From a virus (lineage: Duplodnaviria > Heunggongvirae > Uroviricota > Caudoviricetes): 64,000 bases of DNA. The notes under the pieces were generated by a model. That model was not told where the DNA came from. It searched no databases and worked only from the letters and a program-made list of their open reading frames with translations. A program made the position numbers and the translations under genes. Below, piece after piece: positions 9,197 to 17,642 of the stretch. The stretch lies in the IMG/VR virus record IMGVR_UViG_3300031998_000043. One strand, given 5' to 3'. Every line of letters starts with the position of its first letter. Within the stretch, counting starts at the first letter, position 1.

Positions 9197-10052
9197 CAAT
9201 TTCGTGGAAAATGGAGGAAACGGAACTGGAGCTTACATTATTCGTAATAGGAGTTTCACAGACTGGTTTCCGGCATTTAATTGCCATACTGACTCATTTA
9301 ATCTTTCGTATAGAATATCACAGACTAGATTTCATGACATTAATCCTAAACCGATCCTCGAAAAGCGCATAGATGAATTCACTAGCGAAGAATTTATGAG
9401 AGCTATCATTGGGGTATTGGAAGATGCTAATTCAGAGCATATAAACGGAGCAGAACCTCCGGTTGCTGATGTTGATCCTTGGCATGGTGCAGAAATGTCT
9501 ATAGAGCAATCCAATAGATTCCTGAGAGATATAGCTAACGCAGCTAATGTTCCTCCAAGTTTCTTAGGTGTGACTCCTGATGATGTTTCTGAAATACAAG
9601 CAGTACCACTAGCAGATGCTGGTGACGCTACTGCACAGACAATCTTTACTTCTACACCTAATAGAAATGGTAGAATATTCCATGGTGATACAATTAGGCT
9701 AGAAACACCGATCTCCGGTAATGAAAGATTGACACTTAGCGTTCCAGATAGTGATGGTACAATAAGAGCCATTGATGCAACTACTCTAATACGGAATTCT
9801 CTAACATTACGCAATGATACTTTGAGTGAAATCCATGTACGACAGATGCTTCAGCACATTAGAAATTCTATAGAGGAGTCGATTGAAAACAGAATCGGAA
9901 CTGTTGTGAATGATGACACTAGAGAAGAGATTGCTGCTGACGTAAGTCAACAACTTTCGCACTATCTTGAAACAATAGGAATATCATTAGATGGATACGA
10001 GCACTTTTCTGAAAACAATGAAAGCTCTAGGAATCAAAGAAGAGAGAGCTGA
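9120..10052 (+). CDS. array paralog P5, a fused or extended member with two copies of the family helix and a GC-rich Ala/Pro linker
   Basis: EFMRAIIGVLEDANSEH at about aa 95 and MLQHIRNSIEESIENRI at about aa 245; the true start is uncertain (an in-frame GTG at 9204 is possible). Confidence 0.5.
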   Translation: MKNVLRQQIMILHLSIPLLHEILISNNFVENGGNGTGAYIIRNRSFTDWFPAFNCHTDSFNLSYRISQTRFHDINPKPILEKRIDEFTSEEFMRAIIGVLEDANSEHINGAEPPVADVDPWHGAEMSIEQSNRFLRDIANAANVPPSFLGVTPDDVSEIQAVPLADAGDATAQTIFTSTPNRNGRIFHGDTIRLETPISGNERLTLSVPDSDGTIRAIDATTLIRNSLTLRNDTLSEIHVRQMLQHIRNSIEESIENRIGTVVNDDTREEIAADVSQQLSHYLETIGISLDGYEHFSENNESSRNQRRES

Positions 10053-10335
10053 GTTAGGCTTCTACTATCATCTCCAGCACAAGTATGGAGAGATTAGAGT
10101 AGCACCTATAGCCTTTAGACCTTATAGAGCATTCATGGTCTCTACGTTTACCACGGTTCCTGAAGTTCCGCATAGAATCAAGTATGGAACCAGACGACTT
10201 GGAGAAGAAGAGTGCATGGATCTTATAGATACAGACGTAACGAAAATACGATCTGAGTGGCTAATCAGAAGAATGATTGGAGCTACGGAGTGGCACTTGC
10301 AATGGACTGATGCAGGAATAAGGAGTCTGCCATGA
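9991..10335 (+). CDS. array paralog P6
   Basis: MKALGIKEE ... WLIRRMIGATEWHLQW. Confidence 0.55.
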   Translation: MDTSTFLKTMKALGIKEERAELGFYYHLQHKYGEIRVAPIAFRPYRAFMVSTFTTVPEVPHRIKYGTRRLGEEECMDLIDTDVTKIRSEWLIRRMIGATEWHLQWTDAGIRSLP

Positions 10336-10676
10336 GATTTATAACATCACATAGAGATCGTGTCTTAGCTGTATTTGAAGCTTTTGCTACTGTTCGTAAC
10401 AGAGGATTTATTAGTCACTATTTCAATATAGACACTAAATATGGCAGTGCAAATTGCCCAATAGCGGAAATTGAGAATTTTAATAGTGACCATGCAACTC
10501 TGACGACTTATACGCATCCGATTTCAACTAAGCTTCTTATGTACGGCGTTTCGCACAATGACTTTTCGGCTGATCCAATAGAATTCATTAATATCTCAAG
10601 ACTGGTAAGACGGCTAATTGGCTGTTCTGAAGCTAGTCTTGCGATTATTCTTAATAGGGATTGCATTAATGACTAA
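10332..10676 (+). CDS. array paralog P7
   Basis: RBS AGGAGTCTGCC-ATG; RLVRRLIGCSEASLAII; ATGA overlap with P6. Confidence 0.65.
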   Translation: MRFITSHRDRVLAVFEAFATVRNRGFISHYFNIDTKYGSANCPIAEIENFNSDHATLTTYTHPISTKLLMYGVSHNDFSADPIEFINISRLVRRLIGCSEASLAIILNRDCIND

Positions 10677-10986
10677 AGAAAACTTCTTTTTACTACTTGG
10701 AGCAATGATGACCGAAAATCGTTTCCACGGAGCTAATGTAGTTTATCTAGATGGGCCAATAGGAAACCATCGGTCATCTTTTCTACTTATAGAGACGGAT
10801 TATGTGTGGTCATTTTCACATATTACTTGTAGCGAAGATATATTTAAAAAGAATGAACAAGACTATCATGGATGCCATATGTCGCATATTGATCCTTATG
10901 CTCTTCTAAAAAGAGTCATAGGCATTATGGAAAGATCTATTGAGCTCTATGAAGCTGGTCTCTATCACTTCGGGAGAGAATTATGA
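10669..10986 (+). CDS. array paralog P8
   Basis: start ATG overlaps the P7 stop; IDPYALLKRVIGIMERSIELYEAG. Confidence 0.6.
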   Translation: MTKENFFLLLGAMMTENRFHGANVVYLDGPIGNHRSSFLLIETDYVWSFSHITCSEDIFKKNEQDYHGCHMSHIDPYALLKRVIGIMERSIELYEAGLYHFGREL

Positions 10987-11393
10987 CTGACGGAGAATTA
11001 AAAGGCATAGCAATCGCTACTGGACATGTTGACCTTTCGGCTACGCCTGAATCATCATACAAGACATTTGCACTAGATGAGAAATATGGAAATAGCTCTG
11101 ATTATGACCTAATTGCAGACGGTAGAAGCGGATGTTTTTATACATATACAAGAATAGCCGATAATCGTTTATTTGTAGATCCTCAGGATTTCAAAGGAGC
11201 TTTTCCGTTATCCCATATCCATCCAAAAGCCTTGCTTAACAGACTAATTGGCTTCTTTGAAAAATCTCTTGAGTGCTATTTGAACGATCACTACCGAGGT
11301 ATAAACTTGCGTGATGATAGATTCTTTTACCAGCCTGAAGGATCCGAAGAAGATGAGGAGGATGAAGAAGAAGACGATGACTACGATTACTAA
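10983..11393 (+). CDS. array paralog P9 with an acidic tail
   Basis: IHPKALLNRLIGFFEKSLECYL; C-terminal EEDEEDEEEDDDYDY; ATGA overlap. Confidence 0.65.
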   Translation: MTDGELKGIAIATGHVDLSATPESSYKTFALDEKYGNSSDYDLIADGRSGCFYTYTRIADNRLFVDPQDFKGAFPLSHIHPKALLNRLIGFFEKSLECYLNDHYRGINLRDDRFFYQPEGSEEDEEDEEEDDDYDY

Positions 11394-11736
11394 TTTGGAA
11401 TTTGTCCATCTTTTGTTGAAAACAAATGGTTTTGACTGCCACAATAGACTGAGTTGTTTACAACAGTTTTGGGTAAACATACCGAGAGGAAACATGTTTC
11501 CATTTCAAGCTTTCTCTATCTTCTTCAGCGAAAAAGGTATAGATCTTACTTCTTATTCAGACATTAATTTCGAGGAAGGAACATGCCGCTATCAAGAAGG
11601 AGATTGGAAGAAAGCCAATCCTTTGAACGAGCCTATAGAAGAATACCTTAGACGTTCTGTTGGCTTCCTAGAAAAATTTATAGTAGAAGTCAATAAATTT
11701 GAGGAGAAACATAATGGAATTCTTCACCTTAGATAA
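11377..11736 (+). CDS. array paralog P10
   Basis: the ATG at 11377 overlaps the end of P9 and restores the N-terminal LLKTNGFDCH motif; EEYLRRSVGFLEKFIVEV; the supplied ORF track starts this frame at 11311. Confidence 0.5.
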   Translation: MTTITNLEFVHLLLKTNGFDCHNRLSCLQQFWVNIPRGNMFPFQAFSIFFSEKGIDLTSYSDINFEEGTCRYQEGDWKKANPLNEPIEEYLRRSVGFLEKFIVEVNKFEEKHNGILHLR

Positions 11737-12028
11737 ATTTATGCACAGTTTGGGTTTCAGAGACGAGCCAACATCTAATGGCGAATTCATTATTTACTAT
11801 ATGAATGCCGGAAGATGTAATAACAGTGACTATGGAAACCTCTGTATAGACCATGCTGGCAAAGCCTTTCAGACTTATACGAATATTGTTTCATTTTCGC
11901 ACAAAATATTTACGGGAGAACATGATACTTTTGAAGAGCTAAAAGGCGCTAAGGTAAAAAGTATATTTCCCAGAATGGTTGGTGCGATAGAGGACTATCT
12001 TTATTATGTTAACAACGGAGTACTGTAA
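11714..12028 (+). CDS. array paralog P11
   Basis: RBS GAGGAGAAACATA-ATG; MHSLGFRDE ... IFPRMVGAIEDYLYYV. Confidence 0.6.
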   Translation: MEFFTLDKFMHSLGFRDEPTSNGEFIIYYMNAGRCNNSDYGNLCIDHAGKAFQTYTNIVSFSHKIFTGEHDTFEELKGAKVKSIFPRMVGAIEDYLYYVNNGVL

Positions 12029-12030
12029 TC

Positions 12031-12396
12031 ATGCACTCTATTCTAATCGGAAAGATTGCTGAAGCCTTTGGTTGTGTTATTCATGGTGCTATAGGAACTT
12101 TTTCTGTAAACGTTCCGGCAGTGATTGGTGGTACAAATGCACCATTTCTTTATGTTGGCGTTGGAAAAAACGAAGACACAATAGAATTTTACTCAAAGGT
12201 TGAAGCTAACCATGTAGCCTATGATGACTATTACATATCTACATTTGCAGATGATAAGATTATCGAATCGACACAGAAGTTATATGATATGACTACTCCT
12301 TATGTGACAAAGTACATTGTTGGAATGATGGAGAATATATTTCAAGTATACACAGAAATAGGGAGACCTAATCCTTATGAATCTAACGGAAATTAA
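12031..12396 (+). CDS. array paralog P12
   Basis: IAEAFGCVIHGA ... YVTKYIVGMMENIFQVY. Confidence 0.65.
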   Translation: MHSILIGKIAEAFGCVIHGAIGTFSVNVPAVIGGTNAPFLYVGVGKNEDTIEFYSKVEANHVAYDDYYISTFADDKIIESTQKLYDMTTPYVTKYIVGMMENIFQVYTEIGRPNPYESNGN

Positions 12397-12748
12397 TTTG
12401 ATAGCCATTTCAAATGCCTTTACAGCTTCGCATGGATGGGCTTACCAAGACATTCCAATGTTAGGTAATCCATACCATCAAGGAATGCATCTATCTATTG
12501 ATGAGATTCAAACAAGGTTCACTGAAGGTACAAACTTTTATGGCAAACCTGCTTTCGCCAGACTGAACGATCCAAGGACTGTTTCAGACTGGATAGCACC
12601 CTGTCAAGAAATTAAATGTACCAGTGAACAACTACAGATGACTGACTATTTGAGAATGATTATAGGCGGTGTTGAATCGTCGCTCAAACTTTTTGTAAAC
12701 GGAGATTACTGGGATGTCCCTATCGACTTTAAGAATAGACGCTGGTAG
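12377..12748 (+). CDS. array paralog P13
   Basis: ISNAFTASHGWAY ... YLRMIIGGVESSLKLFV. Confidence 0.6.
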   Translation: MNLTEINLIAISNAFTASHGWAYQDIPMLGNPYHQGMHLSIDEIQTRFTEGTNFYGKPAFARLNDPRTVSDWIAPCQEIKCTSEQLQMTDYLRMIIGGVESSLKLFVNGDYWDVPIDFKNRRW

Positions 12749-13370
12749 AGAAGAAGTCGAAATACCTCCCGTAATTCCGGAAGGTATAAGATCTAACTTC
12801 GAATACTATGACTTTATAGTGAATATTGGAGACAATGCTATCCCAAATGAAGCTGTCAATTTTCCTATGTATGGAAGAAGTGACTATAGGGATTACTTCA
12901 GAGGAGCTATTTGGGGAGCATTAGAATTTAATCCAAGAATGAAGCCTTACAGAAATATTATCTCTATTCTTTATACGCATGGATGGAGAATTTATCGAAT
13001 AGACAAATGGAATGAAATGATTAACATTGGTTCTGCAATTTATGGAAGAATTATTGTATTCAGATTTCCAGATAGTAGAGCAAGTTCTGAGATTAAGATT
13101 TACGAAGCTCTTAGTGGCATGTATACAAGAGATCTTAAGTTCATAGCCTTACTTATCGAATTCGATAATGACTTTTACCGCAAGGTTTTAAGCCCGCATA
13201 GTCCTATTCTTTCTGAGCATATTACCGAGATTCCAAAGCATACTGTCAAGTACGAGATTGTTACTGAAGCTCCCTATGAACAGATCTTGCAAACTATCGC
13301 AGGAGAGTATGAACAAGTGACGTCACTTAGGGCTTACGGTAGACGTAGATATGTGCGATATGATATCTAG
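12714..13370 (+). CDS. array paralog P14 (divergent, longer)
   Basis: 218 aa; degenerate C-terminal helix YEQILQTIAGEYEQVTS. Confidence 0.5.
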   Translation: MSLSTLRIDAGREEVEIPPVIPEGIRSNFEYYDFIVNIGDNAIPNEAVNFPMYGRSDYRDYFRGAIWGALEFNPRMKPYRNIISILYTHGWRIYRIDKWNEMINIGSAIYGRIIVFRFPDSRASSEIKIYEALSGMYTRDLKFIALLIEFDNDFYRKVLSPHSPILSEHITEIPKHTVKYEIVTEAPYEQILQTIAGEYEQVTSLRAYGRRRYVRYDI

Positions 13371-13409
13371 ATGATAATTGCATATAAAAATGTGAAGAAT
13401 GAGGTTTAA

Positions 13410-13877
13410 ATGTACCAACATGATGTCGAGAAAGTCTTAATAGCAAACCTTATGGAAATCTGCTATGATGACGATGACGAAAATGAACAAGACTATGCCT
13501 TTTCTTATGACATATCTCCGGACTTCGACTCGGATTTTTGTGTAAAATTTGCTGACGAATATAATGACGAAGATGAAGAGACTCATAGAATTGTAAAATT
13601 CTTTACAAGAGTTGATCCCGGAGTATTTCCTAAAGAAACTGAAATAGGATTTAATTTTGCTTATGACGGAGATATGTTTGGTCTATGCTATCTTGAGAAT
13701 CTCACAAGAGCATATCTTATGAAAAAGATAGTTGCTCTAATGGAGAATACTATCGAAGCCTTTGACAGTGGTGTTGGCGATTACAATGGCTGTGTCAATG
13801 GCTTCTTTAGGACTATTCCAAAGAGAGAATGGATGCATATCTTCGAACTTACAGATGGGAGTGGTCATGGGCGGTAG
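13410..13877 (+). CDS. array paralog P15
   Basis: acidic N-terminus; YLMKKIVALMENTIEAF. Confidence 0.6.
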   Translation: MYQHDVEKVLIANLMEICYDDDDENEQDYAFSYDISPDFDSDFCVKFADEYNDEDEETHRIVKFFTRVDPGVFPKETEIGFNFAYDGDMFGLCYLENLTRAYLMKKIVALMENTIEAFDSGVGDYNGCVNGFFRTIPKREWMHIFELTDGSGHGR

Positions 13878-14346
13878 ATGGTCTAATGAAGCTGAAAGAG
13901 TAGATTTCTTTGATGCTGATCAGATGACGATGATATTTTCAGCTTGTGGCATGAAGATATGGTATTACTCTCTGGATATGAATGGGGAACTTGAACCCGG
14001 AACTTTCAGAGCGTATATAGAAGATGCTGTCAACAATGAAGGTTATGATGAACATGATTACATCTTTAGTGTTGAGGATGGTGACTCAGTCGTGTTCTAT
14101 CTAGAGCTGACAGATGCAAATGATGGCACTTTAATGCATACCGATCGAAACTGGCTCAATCCTGAGTATGACCCTTGCTATATTGAGCGTCTGTCAAAGA
14201 CAAAGCTTTTGTCTATTGTCATTGGCGCTCTTGAGCAATATCTAGACCAGCGTGATAACAACCCAAGATTTTGTTGTCCTGACACACAAAACATTCACTT
14301 TACTCCAAGGCGAGAAGGTGAACGAAATGGTAAGGACTTCTTATAG
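13867..14346 (+). CDS. array paralog P16
   Basis: the ATG at 13867 overlaps the P15 stop; MIFSACGMKIWYYS ... LLSIVIGALEQYLDQ. Confidence 0.55.
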   Translation: MGGRWSNEAERVDFFDADQMTMIFSACGMKIWYYSLDMNGELEPGTFRAYIEDAVNNEGYDEHDYIFSVEDGDSVVFYLELTDANDGTLMHTDRNWLNPEYDPCYIERLSKTKLLSIVIGALEQYLDQRDNNPRFCCPDTQNIHFTPRREGERNGKDFL

Positions 14347-14348
14347 AT

Positions 14349-14376
14349 AAGAGGTTATGACTTAGAACCTCTTTTC
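14349..14376 (+). terminator. rho-independent terminator closing the paralog array
   Basis: AAGAGGTT-atgacttag-AACCTCTT followed by TTC. Confidence 0.6.
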
Positions 14377-14452
14377 ACCATAAAGCTCAGTCATGGTAAT
14401 TTTCAATGACATCAAGATTACTAGACGTGAGAAATGTAACAGGGAGTACATT

Positions 14453-14623
14453 ATGGCTACTAATAACCCTATCAAATTCCCCACTAGAATTAGACTTAAT
14501 TCAACCGTAAAGTGGGAAAAATCTTTCGCAAAACCTATCAAGGCTCAAGAAGAAAAAGCTGAGACTGAAGTGACCGAAAGTGAACCTGAAGAGAGTGCTG
14601 TCTCCGAAGATTCAGATGAGTAA
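14453..14623 (+). CDS. small protein with an acidic tail
   Basis: RBS GGGAG 7 nt upstream of the ATG; sequence MATNNPIKF ... SEPEESAVSEDSDE. Confidence 0.45.
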   Translation: MATNNPIKFPTRIRLNSTVKWEKSFAKPIKAQEEKAETEVTESEPEESAVSEDSDE

Positions 14624-14641
14624 CACTTACCGGGAGATGCA

Positions 14642-15040
14642 ATGATCACAACTCCGAAAGAACTTTACGAAGCACTGAAGCGCAGACCTCCACAATCCCG
14701 AATCATAGTCTGCCCAGTTGTTGTTGATAAGAAGGGAGAATACATCTGCACTTCCATACACACATGCAATTTCGAAGTCGTCGTATCTATCGATGTGAAC
14801 GAGAATAATTGCTACATTAGAGAGACTGCCGACTCTCTTGTTGCAGCATTAGACAGGTGTCGCATTGGTGGAAGCTATGACGAGAAGTATTGGGATAAAG
14901 GACGTATTCTACTTGCCTACTGTGCTGTAAATGGGGCAGTGAAACACGTTCATGTCAATGCTACCTTGAATCGTGGAAGACTAAAGCTAGTGAAAGCAAA
15001 AGAAGTAATTTCAGAAGATTCAGAAGAAGCAGAGGCCTAA
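14642..15040 (+). CDS. hypothetical protein
   Basis: 132 aa; RBS CGGGAGATGCA-ATG. Confidence 0.55.
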   Translation: MITTPKELYEALKRRPPQSRIIVCPVVVDKKGEYICTSIHTCNFEVVVSIDVNENNCYIRETADSLVAALDRCRIGGSYDEKYWDKGRILLAYCAVNGAVKHVHVNATLNRGRLKLVKAKEVISEDSEEAEA

Positions 15041-15043
15041 TAC

Positions 15044-15145
15044 ATGTTCGATGCAAACATTTCCCAAGCCGTTATAGCTTTCGCTATAGCCGCAGTCATA
15101 ATCGCTGTGTTGATTACTGATATTCGTAATCATAAGGATGACTAA
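15044..15145 (+). CDS. 33-aa hydrophobic mini-protein
   Basis: MFDANISQAVIAFAIAAVIIAVLITDIRNHKDD; a terminator follows immediately. Confidence 0.3.
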   Translation: MFDANISQAVIAFAIAAVIIAVLITDIRNHKDD

Positions 15146-15150
15146 TTAAC

Positions 15151-15180
15151 GGGGTGCTGAAGCACCCCATTTTTTTTTTA
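15151..15180 (+). terminator. rho-independent terminator
   Basis: GGGGTGCTGAAGCACCCC hairpin followed by nine T residues. Confidence 0.7.
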
Positions 15181-15201
15181 GCTTTGCTTATGGCAAAGCT
15201 A

Positions 15202-15209
15202 TATATAAT
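15202..15209 (+). promoter_or_regulatory. TATATAAT promoter-like element after the hairpin AGCTTTGC-ttatg-GCAAAGCT
   Basis: related to the reiterated GTATATTAA motif. Confidence 0.35.
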
Positions 15210-15250
15210 TTCACGATGATATTCTCACATTACTTGCCAAGGAGTAATAC

Positions 15251-15427
15251 ATGACTACTGTTTTGATTGTGTGGTTAATTTTGGCCACTGCCATTTCTTG
15301 CGTATCGTTTACACTCACTGACTGGCGAACGGCAGGAGTGTCAACTGTCGTCAGACGTGTTCTGATGATTTACTTCTTCTTTCCGATCGCCATCTTCTAC
15401 GTGCTTATAACCCTCTCCAAACGCTAG
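15251..15427 (+). CDS. 58-aa membrane mini-protein with two transmembrane helices
   Basis: RBS AAGGAGTAATAC-ATG; hydrophobic throughout. Confidence 0.4.
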   Translation: MTTVLIVWLILATAISCVSFTLTDWRTAGVSTVVRRVLMIYFFFPIAIFYVLITLSKR

Positions 15428-15464
15428 GCTGTGATTCAACCTTAGCATTGATAAGGATACAAAA

Positions 15465-15743
15465 ATGAGTGAAAAAACCTATGATACTCTACAGGTGACA
15501 AGAGTCAGTATTAATCCACGTTCTAGTGGAAAGTATATACTTGCTACAGCAAATGTAGTATTAAATGACCAGATTATTCTGCGGGGCATCAAAGTTAGAG
15601 AAGGACAGAATGGGTTTTATGTATCCATGCCTGTTGATAGACTCTCTACGGACGAAAGAGTTTTCTTTGATCCGATTACCAAAGACCTTAGAGACAATAT
15701 TGAGAATTCTGTTCTTGAAGCTTATACAAAAGGTATCACATGA
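15465..15743 (+). CDS. spoVG: SpoVG-family protein
   Basis: aligns along its full length with B. subtilis SpoVG (VTxV...AxAxVxL...IxVxxGxNGxxVxMP...DPIxxxxRxxIxxxVLxxY). Confidence 0.85.
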   Translation: MSEKTYDTLQVTRVSINPRSSGKYILATANVVLNDQIILRGIKVREGQNGFYVSMPVDRLSTDERVFFDPITKDLRDNIENSVLEAYTKGIT

Positions 15744-16498
15744 AAGCCATAGCTAACTATGAATCGGCGGCTAAAGAGATCGTGAACTGGACAAGAGAAA
15801 CGGTCGAATCCAATGGCACAAAGGATGCTGTTATCATTCTAAATGGTGATAGAGATTCCGCCATAGTCGCTAACATTCTCGTAAAAGCCTTAGGTGAAGA
15901 TCATGTACTTGGTCTAATCATGCCCTTTGAACCTTCGATGGACTGTTCGAAGACTTACATGATTGCCAGACAGGTTGGCATGAAGAAACTTAAAGAGGTT
16001 GACATTACTCTTACTACACAAGCTGCCGAGTGTACTACAAAGATAGCTTGTGATAATGAAGACATCCTCTGGGTAACTTCTGCCGACATTATTCCAAGAA
16101 CAAGAACCTTGTTAGCTCAGACGATTGCTTCCCAAATCAATGCCGTGGTTATTTCTACTTTAAACCTATCGGATTACACTATTGGGAACTTTACGCTCTG
16201 GAGTAATGTAGGTATGCTTGCTCCACTTGGAAAACTTACAAGTACAGAAGTTGCTGAACTTGGAAAGGCTTTAGGACTTCCTGATGAAATTGTTGAAATG
16301 CAGCAGTATGAAGATGCCTATGGACAAACTTCAGAATCAAAGATCGGATTCAAATACGCAGATCTTGACATGTGGATCAGAGGGGGTGATGACATTCCCG
16401 AAGGTGTCAAGAAGGTTATTGAAGACCGATTCTCGAAGTGTAGTCATAAGTGCAAGCTGATTAATATGCCAGCTTTCCATCCTGCAATTATCCAATAA
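15740..16498 (+). CDS. NH3-dependent NAD+ synthetase (NadE)-like PP-loop protein with a degenerate SGGxDS motif
   Basis: the PP-loop position reads NGDRDS; the C-terminal region DMWIRGGDDIPEGVKKVIEDRFSKCSHKCKLINMPAF parallels the E. coli NadE tail; ATGA overlap with spoVG. Confidence 0.65.
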   Translation: MKAIANYESAAKEIVNWTRETVESNGTKDAVIILNGDRDSAIVANILVKALGEDHVLGLIMPFEPSMDCSKTYMIARQVGMKKLKEVDITLTTQAAECTTKIACDNEDILWVTSADIIPRTRTLLAQTIASQINAVVISTLNLSDYTIGNFTLWSNVGMLAPLGKLTSTEVAELGKALGLPDEIVEMQQYEDAYGQTSESKIGFKYADLDMWIRGGDDIPEGVKKVIEDRFSKCSHKCKLINMPAFHPAIIQ

Positions 16499-16511
16499 AG
16501 TTGGGGGTAGG

Positions 16512-16547
16512 GTACGGTGTGTCACAGATACACCGTACTTCTTTTTT
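16512..16547 (+). terminator. rho-independent terminator
   Basis: GTACGGTGT-gtcacagat-ACACCGTAC followed by TTCTTTTTTG. Confidence 0.65.
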
Positions 16548-16552
16548 GCATA

Positions 16553-16561
16553 GTATATTAA
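16553..16561 (+). promoter_or_regulatory. GTATATTAA promoter-like motif
   Basis: 31 nt upstream of the GTG start at 16584. Confidence 0.5.
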
Positions 16562-16583
16562 GATGTGTCTATAAGGAGATGAA

Positions 16584-16832
16584 GTGAGCAGATATCTTGT
16601 TTCATTTGTTGCCCAATATAACGAAGACATCCCTAACAATCCAGTAGCAGTCATCCAACGAAAAGAAGAATTAGACTTGGAACTGAAGTGGAATGGCTGG
16701 GATGTACCAGAATTAAAGGATACGCTTAGAAAGTACGCTAAAGATCTTCTTAAGGTTGGCGAATACACAGAGATGGCGATCGTAATTAAATCAATCTTCG
16801 AACTAAAAAGGAAACCATATGAAGACTTCTAG
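16584..16832 (+). CDS. hypothetical protein; paralog of 18036..18263
   Basis: GTG start with RBS AAGGAGATGAA; shares YLVxF...WNGxxVxxLK with the 18036 gene. Confidence 0.5.
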   Translation: MSRYLVSFVAQYNEDIPNNPVAVIQRKEELDLELKWNGWDVPELKDTLRKYAKDLLKVGEYTEMAIVIKSIFELKRKPYEDF

Positions 16833-17223
16833 AATTAATCCATATCAAGACATGAGATGGAAGACTATTGACAAACTCTGTCGAAAAAAGTTAGGACTTC
16901 CCAGATATGTCTGTAAGGGAATGGTTGGAGATGGCCCATTAGTCAAGAGGAGACTCATTGGCTGGGAACTTAACATTCCACAGTTCAATGCTGGAGAATT
17001 TTACCATATCTTTGGGGTTCCGGGAATTTATTTCTCTGGATTCCTTCCCACTGAGGAATGGGCTTCCAAAAGTGCTCCGGCTGGAGAAATTCCGTCCGAA
17101 GACGTTTCCAACTTCGAATTTGAAGTAAAGAATATGGAAATGTTTTATGATATCCTGCGAGATATAAAGCGTCTTGTTTGGGATAACAAGGAGTTGGAAT
17201 TACATGTCAGAAGTGAAACCTAA
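16819..17223 (+). CDS. hypothetical protein
   Basis: 134 aa; overlaps the previous stop. Confidence 0.5.
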   Translation: MKTSRINPYQDMRWKTIDKLCRKKLGLPRYVCKGMVGDGPLVKRRLIGWELNIPQFNAGEFYHIFGVPGIYFSGFLPTEEWASKSAPAGEIPSEDVSNFEFEVKNMEMFYDILRDIKRLVWDNKELELHVRSET

Positions 17224-17398
17224 ACCGCAAATGAAGTTCACGGATGAACAGTTTGAAGCATTCATGACAATGATGAAGACTGCTCCGGGATATGTCAAGG
17301 AAAACGTCATGTGTTATTATTACTATAACAATGGCGTTTGTTCTAAATGTCCGATCTGTGATACTTGTCCGAGTTCCGAAAGGAAACTGAAAAGATAG
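17204..17398 (+). CDS. small Cys-rich mini-protein
   Basis: RBS AAGGAG; CSKCPICDTCPSS. Confidence 0.45.
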   Translation: MSEVKPKPQMKFTDEQFEAFMTMMKTAPGYVKENVMCYYYYNNGVCSKCPICDTCPSSERKLKR

Positions 17399-17409
17399 CA
17401 GTGCTAAGG

Positions 17410-17443
17410 GCGTGGTACGAAAGTACCACGCTCTTTTTATTTT
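17410..17443 (+). terminator. rho-independent terminator
   Basis: GCGTGGTAC-GAAA-GTACCACGC followed by TCTTTTTATTTT. Confidence 0.7.
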
Positions 17444-17449
17444 GAGGTA

Positions 17450-17641
17450 ATGATGGTAAAGTGCAATCGTTGTAGATGTCAGGTTGAACCTGATCAAGCC
17501 TATATTTTAGGAATTTATCCTTTGAATACGGAAAAGCCTAATGAATCTAGAAAATTCCAGTTGTGCGAGAAATGCAGATGTGGAATTCTTCAGTATATTC
17601 TTCAGGGCGATCCAATCCAACAGAAATGTGATGCAGGTTAA
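17450..17641 (+). CDS. zinc-ribbon mini-protein
   Basis: RBS GAGGTAATG; CNRCRC...CEKCRC. Confidence 0.5.
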   Translation: MMVKCNRCRCQVEPDQAYILGIYPLNTEKPNESRKFQLCEKCRCGILQYILQGDPIQQKCDAG

Positions 17642-17642
17642 T

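Noticed and set aside
9332-9814. 160-aa minus-strand ORF inside array member P5
   Set aside because: It is antisense to the GC-rich linker of P5 and has no translation signals.
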